Shown: positions 20,244-32,691, counted from the stretch's first letter. The stretch: DNA of 64,000 bases from an uncultured Actinomycetes bacterium (GCA_963726965.1 CAVSEI010000006.1:268159-332158), one strand, 5' to 3'. The notes: a model not told the origin generated them from the sequence alone. A program made the numbers and translations.

Positions 20244-22383
20244 CTAGACGGTCGGACGGCGCGGCTCGGGAACGACCGACAGTCCGTCGGGCAGCTCGAG
20301 CACGTTGCAGTGGTCGCCGTCGACCTCGATCGACAGGTGGCCCCCCATGAGGGGCACGCGTCGCAGCGTCAGCGTGTCGATCCACTCCGGGAGCGCAGGC
20401 GCGAGGTGCACCTGCGCGTTCCGGACGTCAGGATCGAACCGGAGCATCGACCGGAGGAACAACAGACGGAGTCGCCGCGGCCCACGCCTGCGGCGAGCAC
20501 GACGTCGGGTAGCTCACCGGGAACGAGAACTGCTCGCGCGGAAGACCGGCGAACAGTTCGGGCAGGCGGTTCCCGAAGAAGCCCGCCGCGTGCACGATGC
20601 CCTCCATGACCCGGTGCGCCTCCTCGACCAGTCCGTAGCGCATCAGGCCGGCCGCGCAGATGGCGTTGTCGTGGGGCCACACGCTGCCGTTGTGGTAGCT
20701 GATCGGGTTGAAGCCGGTCATCGACGTCGCCAACGTGCGGATGCCCCAGCCCGGAGAACATCGCGTCGTCCGACACGAGGTGCTGCGCCGACGATCGCGG
20801 CCTTGTCCTCGTCGAGGATCCCGGTCCAGAGGCAGTGACCCATGTTCGACGTCAGCGCGTCGAGCGGCCGCTTTTCGCGGTCGAGCCCCATCGCCAACCA
20901 GCCGCGATCCTCCAACCAGAAGTCGCGGTTGAATCGCTCCTTCAGGTCGGCGGCGCGCGACCGAAGGCGTACCGCGTACGCCTCGTCGCCCGCTTCGGTG
21001 GCGAAGTGCGAGCGCGCGATCAACGCCGCGTACACGTAGCCCTGCACCTCGCAGAGCGCGACCGGCGGTTCGGCCAGCCGGCCGTCGGCGAAGCGGGTCG
21101 AGTCGTGGGAGTCCTTCCAGCCCTGGTTCTCGAGCCCACGGTCGTTGGTGCGGAGGTACTCGACGTAGCCGTCGCCGTCGCGGTCGCCGAAGTCGTCGAT
21201 CCAGGCGAGTGCGCGATCGGCCGCCGGCAGCAGCGCGTCGACCTCGTCCGGACGGTTGCCCCACCGCTGCAGCTCACCGAGGAGCATCACGAACAGCGGC
21301 GTGGCGTCGACGCTGCCGTAGTAGATGCGCCCGCCGCCGAGCGACAGCTCGGCCGACTCGCCGAAGCGCATCTCGTGCAGGATCCGACCCGGTTCCTCCT
21401 CGGTGAGCGGAGTTCACCTCGGTGCCCTGGTAGCGCGCCAGCGTCTGCAGCGTGCCGAGCGCGAGGTCGGAGTCGACCATCATCGACATCCACGACGTGA
21501 GCAGGCTGTCGCGTCCGAACAAGGTCATGAACCAGGGCGCGCCGGCCGCGACCACGGTGCGGTCGGGGAACTCGGGGTCGAAGAGGCGCAGCGCCGCGAG
21601 ATCCTCGGTCGAACGGTCGAGCAGCGCGGTGAACGCGTCGTGATCGGTCTCGATCTCCGGGAGGTTGCGACGCCAGGCTTCGAGCCGCGCGACAGGCGTG
21701 GATCGCTCGACGGGTCGACCGCACAGGTAGCGCGGCGTGACCTCCTCGTCGTCGACCACCGGCGTGAGTTGCAGGCACATCGACCACTCGCCACCCGCGG
21801 GCACGATCACCTCGTACATCGCGTGCGTTTGCGAGAGCTTCGGCGGCTCGGAGAAGTCGAGGTGCACGCCGCGCGAGAAATGCCCGCGGCGGTACGTCCA
21901 CGTGAGTCGGCGCTCGCCGACGTGGACGGTGAGATCGCCGACCTTCTCGACCCGGCCCTCCTTGACCTCGAACAGGTCGGCGAAGTCGGCGGCGACCGAG
22001 AACTCGAGCGAGCAGAACGCGGGCTCGAGCCCGAAGTTGCGCACGGTGATGTCTTCGCGCATCCCGCGGCCCACGTACCGGGTGCGGAACACCATGAGCG
22101 CGGAATCGGCGAGACCGACACGAGGCTGGTCACGCAGGACGAACGCGGCGCTGAACGGATCGATCGTGGTCGCCGCCAGCGGCTCCGGCCACTGCCCGTT
22201 GATCCGAAGCCGCAACTCGGAGAGGAACCGCGTGTCGCGGAAGAACAGGCCGTGCGGAAGACCTGGCAGCATGTCGCCCGAACGGCAGGGAGATCGAGAA
22301 CGCCGGGTCCTTCGACCAGCGTGATGGCGCCGCCATCGCTGCTGGAGCGACGCGCTCGCCGTCATCGTCCACGGCTGCGACAT
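20244..22383 (-). pseudogene. amylo-alpha-1,6-glucosidase / glycogen debranching enzyme-like protein, at least 6 frame breaks
   Basis: Four track ORFs tile the gene (21274..22383, 20718..21371, 20428..21264, 20244..20462). Motifs: HGLFFRDTRFLS, APWFMTLFGRDSL, GWKDSHDS, YHNGSVWPHDN. The first ~130 nt use three frames (DGGAITLVEGP / AFSISLP / SGDMLPGL). Confidence 0.85.
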
Positions 22384-22441
22384 GAACGAAGCACGCTACC
22401 GCGCGGGTTCTCGGGTCGGCTCCCTCGTATGCTCGACCGCG

Positions 22442-23479
22442 ATGAAGATCGCCGAGATCGCGCCGCCCTGGTTCGCCGTGCCGCCCACTGGATACGGCGG
22501 CATCGAGTTGGTCGTCGCGCTGCTCGCCGACGGATTCGCCGACCGCGGTCACGACGTCACCCTCTTCGCCAGCGGCGGCTCGCAGACCAAGGCGAAGCTC
22601 GTCTCGCCGCTCGTCGACCCACCCGACCCGGCGTTGCTCGGCAATCTCTGGTTCGACGCGTACCACGCGGTCGCCTCGTACCTCGCGATCGGTCGACGAG
22701 TTCGACATCGTGCACGACCACAGCGGCATCGTCGGGTCCCGCGATGGGCGCACTCCGCCGCGGCAACCCACCGGTCGTGCACACGCTGCACGGTCCGTGG
22801 ACCGAGCCGTCACGCCGTCGGTACTACGGACTGGTCGCACGACCACGTGCACCTGGTCGCGATCAGCGAGGCGCAGCGCGCCGACAATCCCGACGTGACG
22901 TACGCCGGGCGTCGTTCACAACGGCATCGAGCTCGACGACTACCTCGTTCCGCGCGCGAGAAGGACGACTTCCTCGTCTACATCGGGCGCGCGAACCCCG
23001 ACAAGGGACCGACCATCGCCATCGAGGTGGCGCGCCGCGCCGGTCTTCCGCTGGCGATGGTGGTCAAGAAGAACGAGCCGTTCGAGCGCACCTACTGGGA
23101 CGAAATCGTCGCGCCCCTGCTCAACGACGAGGTCGAGGTCTACGAAGCGATCAGCCACCGGCAGAAGGTCGATCTCCTCGCGCGGCGCGCGCGATGGTGT
23201 TCCCGATCCAGTGGCCCGAGCCGTTCGGGCTGGTGATGGCCGAGGCGATGGCGTGTGGCACACCGGTGGTTGCGTGCCCGGCGGGCGCGGCGGTGGAACT
23301 GGTCGAGAACGGCGTCACCGGCTACCTGCGCGACGGTGTCGACGATCTCGTCGACGCGGTGGCGAGCGTCGGCAACTGCTCCCCGGTCGCGTGCCGCGAA
23401 CGGGTCGAGGACGCACTTCAGCGCCGAGTCGATGGTGTCCGGCTACGAGCGGATCTTCGCCGAGGTCGCGCGCCGCTAG
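22442..23479 (+). pseudogene. GT-B glycosyltransferase family 4, at least 4 frame breaks
   Basis: MKIAEIAPPWFAVPPTGYGGIELVV, HDHSGIVG, PVVHTLHGPW, FLVYIGRANPDKG and FPIQWPEPFGLVMAEAMACGTPVVA, with a C-terminus ending at 23479, spread over several frames. Confidence 0.85.
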
Positions 23480-23949
23480 GAGATCTCGAAGATCCCCTCG
23501 ATCTCGATCGCCATCCCGTAGTGCAGCTGCTGCATGCCGACCGCCGATCGCGCGTGCCGCCCCGCGTCACCCCACAGGTCGACGAACACCGACGACGCAC
23601 CGTCGATGACCTCAGGGAGGCGGGTGAAGTCCTCCGTTGCGTTGACCATCCCGAGGAGCTTCACGACCCGCGTCACCCGGTCGAGCGCACCGAGGGTCGC
23701 CGCGAGCGTCGCGACCATGTTCAGCGCCGTGAGTCGGGCGGCCTCCCGGCCCTCCTCGAGCGAGAGCTCCCGACCCACCTTCCCGACGTAGGCGAACTCG
23801 CCGTCGCGAAGCGGCGCGTGGCCGGCGAGGAAGAGCAGGTTGCCGGTTCGGACCGCGAGCTCGTAGTCGGCGAGGGCGGGCGGGGGTGCCGGAAGCTCGA
23901 GCCCGAGCGCCCGGAGACGGTCCTCGGGGGTCATGCCCCAGCTTGACAC
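23476..23949 (-). CDS. RidA/YjgF-family protein
   Basis: Intact ORF with [18 protein letters not shown] and [10 protein letters not shown]. The start is GTG 23949 or ATG 23934. Confidence 0.8.
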   Translation of the reverse strand: MSSWGMTPEDRLRALGLELPAPPPALADYELAVRTGNLLFLAGHAPLRDGEFAYVGKVGRELSLEEGREAARLTALNMVATLAATLGALDRVTRVVKLLGMVNATEDFTRLPEVIDGASSVFVDLWGDAGRHARSAVGMQQLHYGMAIEIEGIFEIS

Positions 23950-23957
23950 GTCGACCC

Positions 23958-23992
23958 GAGGATTTCCACTACGGCGGTAGTGCTAATAGAAT
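23958..23992. promoter_or_regulatory. candidate operator/promoter in the ridA-sufC1 divergent gap: GAGGATTTC-CACTAC-GGCG-GTAGTG plus a TAGAAT -10-like box
   Basis: Perfect inverted repeat CACTAC(23967-72)/GTAGTG(23977-82). The 16-mer GAGGATTTCCACTACG recurs at 32692-32707 upstream of sufB. TTTCCA-18 nt-TAGAAT could be a promoter for sufC1. Confidence 0.5.
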
Positions 23993-24015
23993 CGGAGGGC
24001 CCATAGGATCAAGGA

Positions 24016-24782
<767 letters not shown>

Positions 24783-24786
<4 letters not shown>

Positions 24787-26028
24787 CCGCGCTCGATGTC
24801 GCGCGGATCAAGGCCGACTTCCCGATCCTCAAGCGCCAGGTGCACGGCAAGCGCCTCGTCTACCTCGATTCCGCGGCCACGTCGCAGAAGCCGCTCGCGG
24901 TCCTCGACGCGATGGACCGCTACTACCGCGAGTACAACGCCAACGTGCACCGCGGCGTCTACACGATCGCCGAGGAAGCGACCGCCGCGTTCGAAGCCGC
25001 CCGCGCGAAGGTCGGCGCGCTTCGTCAACGCCGGCGCACGCCCACGAGATCGTCTACGTCCGCAACGCGACCGAGGCCATCAACCTGGTCGCGTACTCGT
25101 GGGCCCGGGCCAACCTGCGCGAGGGCGACCCCATCGTGCTGACCCACATGGAGCACCACGCCAACGTCGTGCCGTGGCAGATCCTCGCCGCCGAGCGCGG
25201 CGTCGAGCTCCGCTGGATCCCCCTCACCCGCGACTACCGGCTCGACCTCGGCGACCTCGACGCAGCTGCTCGACGGCGCCAAGCTCCTCGCGTTCACCGC
25301 GATGTCGAACGTGCTCGGCACCATCAACGACGTCCGCCCGCTCGCCGACGCCGCCCATGCGGCCGGCGCCCACGTGCTGGTCGACGCGTGCCAGGCCGTG
25401 CCCGCACCTGCCGGTCGACGTCCAGGCGTGGGACGCCGACTTCGTCGGCGTTCTCCGCCCACAAGATGTGCGGCCCGACCGGCATCGGCGCCCTCTGGGC
25501 CCGCGCCGAGCTGCTCGAGGCGATGCCGCCGTTCATGGGCGGCGGCGAGATGATCACCCAGGTGACCGTCGACGGGTTCACCCCCAACGAGGTGCCGTGG
25601 AAGTTCGAGGCGGGCACACCACCCATCGCCGAGGCGGTCGGCTTCGGCGCCGCGGTCGACTACGTCGACGCGGTCTCGGCATGGACGCGATCCGGGCCCA
25701 CGAGCAGGCGCCTCACCGGCTACACGCTCGCGCGCGCTCGACCAGCGCTTCGGTGACGAACCTCACGATCTACGGACCGCGCGACACCAGCGTCCGTGGT
25801 GGCGCGATCTCGTTCCTCTTCGACGGCATCCACGCCCACGACATCTCGCAGGTCGTCGACGAAGAGGCCGTGTGCGTGCGCGCCGGCCACCACTGCGCCA
25901 AGCCGCTCATGCGCGTGCTCGGAGTCCCCGCCACGACCCGGGCGTCGTTCTACGTTTACAACGACGAAGCCGACGCCGACGCCCTCATCGACGCGCTCGC
26001 CCGCGCCGAGCAGTTCTTCGCTTTCTAG
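24783..26028 (+). pseudogene. sufS: cysteine desulfurase SufS, at least 6 frame breaks
   Basis: [105 protein letters not shown] and RAGHHCAKPLM are distributed over all three frames. Confidence 0.9.
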
Positions 26029-26045
26029 CTTCAAGGAGCACGTCG

Positions 26046-26531
26046 ATGCCCGGCCTCGAAGACCTCTACCGCGAGATCATCCTCGACCACTACCGCGCGC
26101 CGCGCAACCGCGGCGAGCTGCCGGTGCCGCCCGCGCACAAGGCGGAGGGGTTCAACCCGCTGTGCGGCGACGAGGTCGTGCTCTACCTCGACGTCGACGG
26201 CGACACGGTCACCGACCTGAAGATCGCCGGGCAGGGTTGCTCGATCAGCCAGGCGTCGACCTCGATGATGTCGGCCGCGGTCAAGGGAAAGTCGGTCGAC
26301 GAGGCGCGCACGCTCATCCGCGCGTTCAAGGCGCTGATGTCGATCCACGAGTCGAAGCTCGAAGGCGAAGACGACGGCGAAGACCTGCGCGCCGAGCTCG
26401 AGGGCGTCCGCCTCGGCGACCTCGAGGCGCTGCAGGGTGTCGTGAAGTTCCCCGTGCGCATCAAGTGCGCCACGCTGGCGTGGAACACGCTGCAGCAGGG
26501 CCTCGACGAGGTCACGACCGAGAGCGCGTAA
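26046..26531 (+). CDS. sufU: SUF scaffold/sulfur-transfer protein SufU (NifU/IscU-like)
   Basis: ATG 26046 with an AAGGAG RBS. LYREIILDHYRAPRNRG, NPLCGDEV, GQGCSISQAS, RIKCATLAW. Intact. Confidence 0.9.
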   Translation: MPGLEDLYREIILDHYRAPRNRGELPVPPAHKAEGFNPLCGDEVVLYLDVDGDTVTDLKIAGQGCSISQASTSMMSAAVKGKSVDEARTLIRAFKALMSIHESKLEGEDDGEDLRAELEGVRLGDLEALQGVVKFPVRIKCATLAWNTLQQGLDEVTTESA

Positions 26532-26669
26532 CGGGTAGCGAGGGATGCAAGTGGTGCAATCCGGTCGCACTCCGGCACCGAACCACGCACATGGCAACCG
26601 TCAGGAAACAAAGGTGATCCAGGAACGAAACCCGGAGCCGATAGGTTGTTGACCACGGAGGTCGTGCCA

Positions 26670-26846
26670 ATGAACCAGCAAGAGCTCACCCAGGTGGTCG
26701 ACGAGGCGCTCGAGCGTTTCCGGGGCCGTGATCTCGTCGCCAGTGCAGAGGTCGTCGACGTGCTCCTCGACCTCCGCCTGCTCCTGCTCGAGGTCGAGTC
26801 GCTCGAGCAACTGCTCGACGAGCCGGCGGCCACCCCCGCCGGGTAG
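26670..26846 (+). CDS. hypothetical small acidic helical protein (58 aa)
   Basis: ATG 26670 is preceded by GGAGG at 8-nt spacing. [51 protein letters not shown]. No family recognised. Confidence 0.45.
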   Translation: MNQQELTQVVDEALERFRGRDLVASAEVVDVLLDLRLLLLEVESLEQLLDEPAATPAG

Positions 26847-26879
26847 ACCCGACCGGCGCGCCGGTAGGCTCGAGTCCGC

Positions 26880-27721
26880 ATGACGGATCCCACCCCAGAA
26901 CTCGGGCCGGACCGACGCTGCGCAGGCGCCGCGCACCGTCGCGCCGTATCGCGATCGTCGCGGTCGTCGTCCTGCTCGTCGTCGCGGCCGGCGGCGTCTT
27001 CTTCGCCACGCGGGCGACGACTCGAGCCGAGGCCGTGGCGACGCACCAGCGACGCACCGCCGCTCCCGACGCTCGCAGCCGGCGCCGGCCTCTCGACGCG
27101 ATCTCAGCCGACGCCGATCGCGCCGCGACCACCAAGGGCGGCGACATCCCGGTGTACGCGACGCCGGACGCCGCCGCCGACGCCGGTCGCCACGCTGGCC
27201 GCGAAGACCGAGTACACGTTCGCCGCGCAGCTTCCTCGCGTTCGACCAGTACCAGGACTGGCTGCACGTCTACCTCCCGACCCGTCCGAACGACGCGACC
27301 GGCTGGATCAAGTCCTCCGACGTCGTCGGTCTCGCAGCCGCTCGAGTACCAGATCAAGTGTCAACCTCGCCGAGCTACAAGCTCACGCTCCTGCACAACG
27401 GCGTCGGTCGAGCTCGAGGCGACCGGCGGCGATCGGCACCGACGAGAACCCGACACCGACCGGCACCTTCTACTTCACCGATCCGCTCGACCTGGTCGAC
27501 GCGATCCCGGTTCCGCCTACGGCGTGTTCGCGATCGGTCTGTCCGGGCACAGCAACACGCTGAGCGAGTTCGCCGGTGGCGACGGCCAGATCGCGATCCA
27601 CGGCACCAACGACCCGAGCACCATCGGGCAGAGCGTGTCGCACGGATGCGTGCGGGTGAACAACGACGTGATCCTGAAGCTGGCCGGGCTCCCGCTCGGC
27701 ACCCCCGTCGTCATCACCTGA
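26880..27721 (+). pseudogene. L,D-transpeptidase (YkuD domain), at least 4 frame breaks
   Basis: C-terminal YkuD signature [31 protein letters not shown] in ORF 27035..27721. The TM anchor [37 protein letters not shown] and PTPTGTFYF lie in other frames. The start is uncertain. Confidence 0.8.
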
Positions 27722-27725
27722 TCGA

Positions 27726-28526
27726 TCAGAACCCCGCGGGGTCGGCGAAGGGGTCGGGCGCGGCTGGGGCGGGATCGACATCCTCGACGCCGAGCTCGGC
27801 CGCGAGCCCCTCGTAGCCGGTCTCCTCGAGCTTCTGGGCCAGCTCCGGACCACCGCTGGCCACCACCCGCCCGCCCATGAGCACGTGCACCACGATCGGG
27901 GCGCAGCTCGTCGAGCAGGCGCGCGTAGTGGGTGATCGGCGAGCACACCGAGGTCGTCGTCGTTGGTCATGGCCTCGACGCGACGAGCGACGTCGCGCAG
28001 CGCGTCGACGTCGAGGCCGCTGTCGATCTCGTCGAGGACCGCGAACTTCGGCTGCAGCACCGCGAGCTGCAGCGTCTCCAGCCGCTTCTGCTCGCCCCCC
28101 GAGAACTCGACGTTGAGTCCGCGGTCGAGGAACTGCTGCGCGACGCCGAGTCGAGACGCTTCGACGGCGACTCGCGCCGGCAGATCGTCCGCAACCCGAC
28201 CTTGACCGCGGAACGCTGCGTCGAGGAAGTCGCCGAGTCGCACCCCGGGCAGCTCCACCGGGTACTGCAGTGCGAGGAACACGCCGAGCGCGGCCCGCTC
28301 GTGGGTTGGGCAGTCCGAGCAGCTCCTCCCCGTCGATGGTGACCGAGCCGACGGTGACGGTGTAGTCGTCGCGGCCCATGAGCACGTGCGAGAGCGTCGA
28401 CTTGCCGGAGCCGTTGGGTCCCATCAACGCGTGCACCTCACCCGAGCGCACCTCGAGGTCGACCCCGCGCAGGATCTCCTGTCCGGCGACCGTCGCGTGC
28501 AGGTCGGCGATCTTCAGCACGCTCAT
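27726..28526 (-). pseudogene. sufC: Fe-S assembly ATPase SufC (copy 2), two frame breaks
   Basis: [22 protein letters not shown]...[11 protein letters not shown] in ORF 27726..28526. [40 protein letters not shown] in ORF 27470..28282. The gene then returns to the first frame ([22 protein letters not shown]). Confidence 0.9.
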
Positions 28527-28839
28527 GGCGTGCTCACGATCACGTCGTCACCGTCGACGCGGACGGTGTAGACGGGCACCGGGCGCGTCGCGGGCAGGGT
28601 CTGCGGTTCGCCGGTGACGAGCGAGAACGTCGACCCGTGCTTGGGGCACTCGATCTCACGCTCGTCCTCCCACACCTCGCCTTCGGTCAGCGAGTAGTCG
28701 GCGTGCGAGCACTCGTCGCCGATCACGTAGAACGTGTCGGCGATGTTGCACGACGCACAGCCGGTGACCGTCGACGTCGAAGCGCGCCGCGGTGCCCGAC
28801 TTCGACGTCGCCGACCGAGCACACGCGCGTGTCAGACAT
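28523..28839 (-). pseudogene. Rieske [2Fe-2S] ferredoxin-like protein of the suf operon, two frame breaks
   Basis: MSDTRVCSVGDVEVG / TAARFDVDGHRLCVV / FYVIGDECSHADYSLTEGEV...IECPKHGSTF (CxH...CxxH) lie in three frames. Its position between sufD and sufC matches many actinobacterial suf operons. Confidence 0.85.
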
Positions 28840-30168
28840 GGGCTCGCGCGATCGGATCGCGGTGCTCGATCTTCTCGACGACGCTGCGACGCGAGCGGCG
28901 CGACCAGCGACGGGACCGGCAGGCGGTCGAACACGTCGTCGAAGAACCCGAGCACGATGAGACGCTCGGCTTCCTCGGGCGGGACGCCGCGGGTGGCGAG
29001 GTAGTAGAGCTGGTCCTCGTCGACCGGGCCGACGGTGCTGGCGTGCGAGCACTTGACGTCGTCGGCCTCGATCTCGAGGTTGGGGACCGACTTCGCTTCG
29101 GCGCCCTCGGTGAGCACGAGGTTGCGGTTGGTCTGGAACGCGTTCGACTTCTGCGCGTGCTTGCGGATGCGGATGAGCCCCGAGTACACCGACTGCGCGG
29201 TGTCCTCCACCGCGCCCTTGAACAGGAGATCGCTGCGGGTGTTGGGCGCGTCGTGATCCTGCAGCGTGCGGAAGTCGAGCATCTGCGAGCCGTCGCCGAA
29301 GTAGACCGCGGTCAGATCGGACTCGGCGCCCTGGCCCGACGAGGCAGCGACTCGCTGCGCAGCCGCGCGTAGGCACCGCCGAGCGCGACCACCGACGACT
29401 TCAACGAGGCGTCCCGACCGAGGTGCGCGCGCTGCAGCGCAATCTGCCAGGTGCGTGGCACCGTGCTCCTGCACCGAGAGGTACCGCACGTGGGCGTTGT
29501 CACCGACGATGAGCTCCACGACCGCGTCGACGAGGTGACCGGTCGTGCCGCTCCCGGTGTCGGTCGAGCCGTAGCGATCGAACACGGTGACCTCGGCGCC
29601 CTCGTCGGCGACGACCAGCGTGTGCGGGAAGCTGGCGAGGCCGTCGCCTTCTGACCAGTGCAGGATCACGATGGGCTGGTCGACGACGACCCCGCGGGGC
29701 ACCTTCACGAACGCTCCACCGGCCAGGAACGCGTCGTGCAGCACGGTGAACGCGTCGGGTGACGCGTCGGAGCACGCGCCGAGCGACGACGCGACCTCCT
29801 CGCGTTCGCAGGTGGCGAGACCGCAGACCCGCACGCCCTGCGCCTCGAGCGCGGCGTCGAGCGCGTGGTGCACGACCCGACCGTTGCGCACGACGACGAG
29901 ACCGGAACGCTCGCCGGCTTCGGCCGCGACCGGGCCACCCCCTGGCGCAGGCTCGTCGCCCGGTTCGCCCATCTGGTCGGCAGGGACGGGCCGGAAGCGC
30001 GAGAGGTCGAGCTCGAGCGATCCGGCTGTAGCGCCAGATCTCCTCGGCCGCGGTCGGCCACTCGACGTCGGCGAGCCGTTCCACGGCGGCGACGCGACGG
30101 TCGACGAGCCAGTCGGGTCCGGGGAGTCCGCGCGCAGCTTCGGGAGAGAAGTGTTCGAGCATCGTCAT
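28832..30168 (-). pseudogene. sufD: Fe-S assembly protein SufD, about 4 frame breaks
   Basis: MTMLEHFSPEAARGLPGPDWL (ORF 29500..30168). The main body is in ORF 28656..29972 (DLLFKGAVEDTAQSVYSGLIRIRKHAQKSNAFQTNRNLVL, VKCSHASTVGPVDEDQLYYLATRGV). There is an excursion into ORF 29312..29503 (WQIALQRAHLGRDASLKSSVVALGG). The stop overlaps the Rieske start. Confidence 0.9.
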
Positions 30169-30181
30169 CGGCAGTGCGGTG

Positions 30182-32667
30182 CTACCCGACGCTGCCTTCC
30201 ATGTTCAGCTCGATGAGGCGGGACAGCTCGACCGCATACTCCATGGGCAGCGTCTTGGTGATCGGCTCGATGAAGCCGTTGACGATCATCGCGGTCGCCT
30301 GCTGCTCGGTGAGACCCCGGCTCATCAGGTAGAAGAGCTGGTCGTCGCCCACCTTGGAGACGGTGGCTTCGTGCCCGATGCGGGCGTCCTTCTCGTCGAT
30401 CTCCATGTAGGGGTAGGTGTCGGAGCGGCTGTCGTCGTCGAGGATCAGCGCGTCGCACCGCACATGGCTCTTGACGTTGTGGGCGCCCTCCTCGACCTTG
30501 ACCAGGCCGCGGTAGGTGGTGCGACCGCCGTCCTTCGAGATCGACTTGGAGTCGATGATCGAGGTCGTCTCCGGGGCGGCGTGGGTCATCTTGGCGCCGG
30601 CGTCCTGGTGCTGACCGGCACCTGCGTACGCGACCGACAGCACCTCGCCGTGCGCCTTGGGCCCGGTCATGACCACGGCGGGGTACTTCATGGTGAGCTT
30701 CGACCCGAGGTTGCCGTCGATCCACTCGACGGTCGCCTCGGTCTCGGCCCGCGCCCGCTTGGTGACGAGGTTGTAGACGTTGGGTGACCAGTTCTGGATC
30801 GTCGTGTACCGGATCCGCGCGCCGGGCTTGGCGATCAGCTCGACCACCGCAGAGTGCAGGGAGTCGGTGGAGTACACCGGCGCCGAGCAACCCTCGACGT
30901 AGTGCACCGACGAACCCTCGTCGGCGATGATCAGCGTGCGCTCGAACTGGCCGGCGTTCTCCGCGTTGATGCGGAAGTAGGCCTGCAGCGGCATCTCGAC
31001 ATGCGTGTCGGGCGGCACGTAGATGAACGAACCCCCCGACCACACCGCCGAGTTGAGCGCGGCGAACTTGTTGTCACCGGGCGGGATCACCGTGCCGAAG
31101 TACTTCTGGACGAGCTCGGGGTACTCGCGCAGCGCGACGTCCATACTGGTGAACAGGATCCCACGAGCTCTCCAGGTCTTCCCGGTTCTTGTGGTACACG
31201 ACCTCGGAGTTGTGCACCACGAAGCCCTCGGCCACGAAGTTGTGGTGGCCCTGGACCTCGATGTCGTAGACCGACTCCACCCCCACGGATTCGATCGACT
31301 CGACTCGGACGAAGCCGAGCGAGTCACTCGTGTGTGACCGGAACGTCGTGTCCTCCGCCGACGGGTTCGTCTGCACACGCTGACCAGCGTTCAGCCGCTC
31401 GGCGGGCCGTGGGGAGCGGCACGCGAGGCGGTCGAACCGGTCGACCGAGCCGGACGTGATCCCGCAGAGCACGAGGAGATCCTTCACGTCCGCCAGCAAT
31501 GCCTCGTTGGCATCGGTGATCGAGGCGTCATGGTTCGCCGCGGTCTCGCCGACCTCGCCGTCGGCGTCGACGTAGCCGGCGACGAGCGAAAGTCGCTGCG
31601 AGCGCGGCAGGCCGAAGACCCAGTCGGGGATGCGCTTCGCGTGCGCGGTGCTCCCGAACCCGTTGAGCTCGATGAACTCGGCGAGCGCGGCGGTGCCATG
31701 GCCACGCAGGTGCGTACGGTCGGCCGAGAGTACGAGGTCGACGCCGAAGAGGTCACTCGTCACTCGGACGATTTCGTCGGTGAGCTCGACGTCGGTGTGG
31801 TCGACCGCAATCTCCACGACCGCGTGACGCTCGCCGTGCTCGAGGGATCCCTCGCCGAGGAAGACCCCGAGCCACCACATGAGATCGTCTGACGTTCGGA
31901 GCGGCAGAGCGTCGGAGGCGGCGCGCTCGTCGGGAGCCATCAGCACCCAGGACGCGCCGTAGTCCGGGACATCAGTGGCGATCCCCACGAGGTCGCCCAC
32001 TTCGAGCGCTTCGACCGGTACCCAGCTCGCGTGGTCGCGAGCGACCTGACGCCCTGGCGTCCGCTGATCGCGCAGCACCAAGAAGGGATGGTTCGCTGAC
32101 ACGCCGATCACTCGCCACGCCGCGGATCTCGAAGACTTCTTTCTCGCCCGAACACACCGAACGGGCGACAGGAGCTCGACCGATGGCGCGCGTTTCCTCG
32201 TCGAGCGAGAAGACTTCGTCGCCGGGGAGCAACTCCTTGATCGAGCGCATGCCTTCCGTTGTCCACACCTGCGTCGATCCGCGCAGGCATTCGAACTGCG
32301 CCGTGACCCCGGCGAGGTACTTGCGCTCCGCCTCGGGGATCCCGAGCTTCTCGTAGGTCTTCTGCATGCTCTCGGGGAGCATGTCCCACTCGGAGACCTC
32401 ACCCTCGGTGGGCTTGAGGTAGTAGTAGATGTCGTTGAAGTCGATGTCGGGCATGTTCGTGGCGAACCACTCGAGCATGGGCTTCTTCTCGAAGCGCTTC
32501 AGCGCGTTGAGCCGGAACTTCGTCATCCACTCCGGCTCGTCCTTCTGGCCCGAGATGTCACGGACGACCGCCTCGTTCAGGCCCTTCTGGGGCGCGTAGA
32601 CGTAGTCGTCGGTGCTGTCGGACCAGCCGAGCTTGTACTTGCCGAGATCGATCCCGGAAACGGCCAT
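30182..32667 (-). pseudogene. sufB: Fe-S assembly protein SufB interrupted by an intein; two frame breaks (about 32110 inside the intein, about 31168 in the C-extein)
   Basis: The N-extein MAVSGIDLGKYKLGW...AGVTAQFE is 126 aa. The C-extein is [13 protein letters not shown] / [20 protein letters not shown]...[14 protein letters not shown]...[20 protein letters not shown]. The exteins alone give a canonical SufB. Confidence 0.95.
31209..32289 (-). mobile_element. SufB intein with LAGLIDADG homing-endonuclease domain (about 360 aa)
   Basis: It starts with Cys (CLRGSTQVWTTEGMRSIKELLPGDEV) directly after ...TAQFE and ends ...[21 protein letters not shown] directly before the Ser of SEVVYH. Internal motifs are LMWWLGVFLGEGS and LSLVAGYVDADGEV. 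The length of 1081 nt means one frame break is present. Confidence 0.9.
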
Positions 32668-32691
32668 CTACGGCTCCCAACAAGGGCACGA

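Noticed and set aside
21325-23946. 873-aa plus-strand track ORF
   Set aside because: It is a composite: antisense shadow over the debranching-enzyme gene, short true segments of the GT4 gene, then antisense shadow over ridA.
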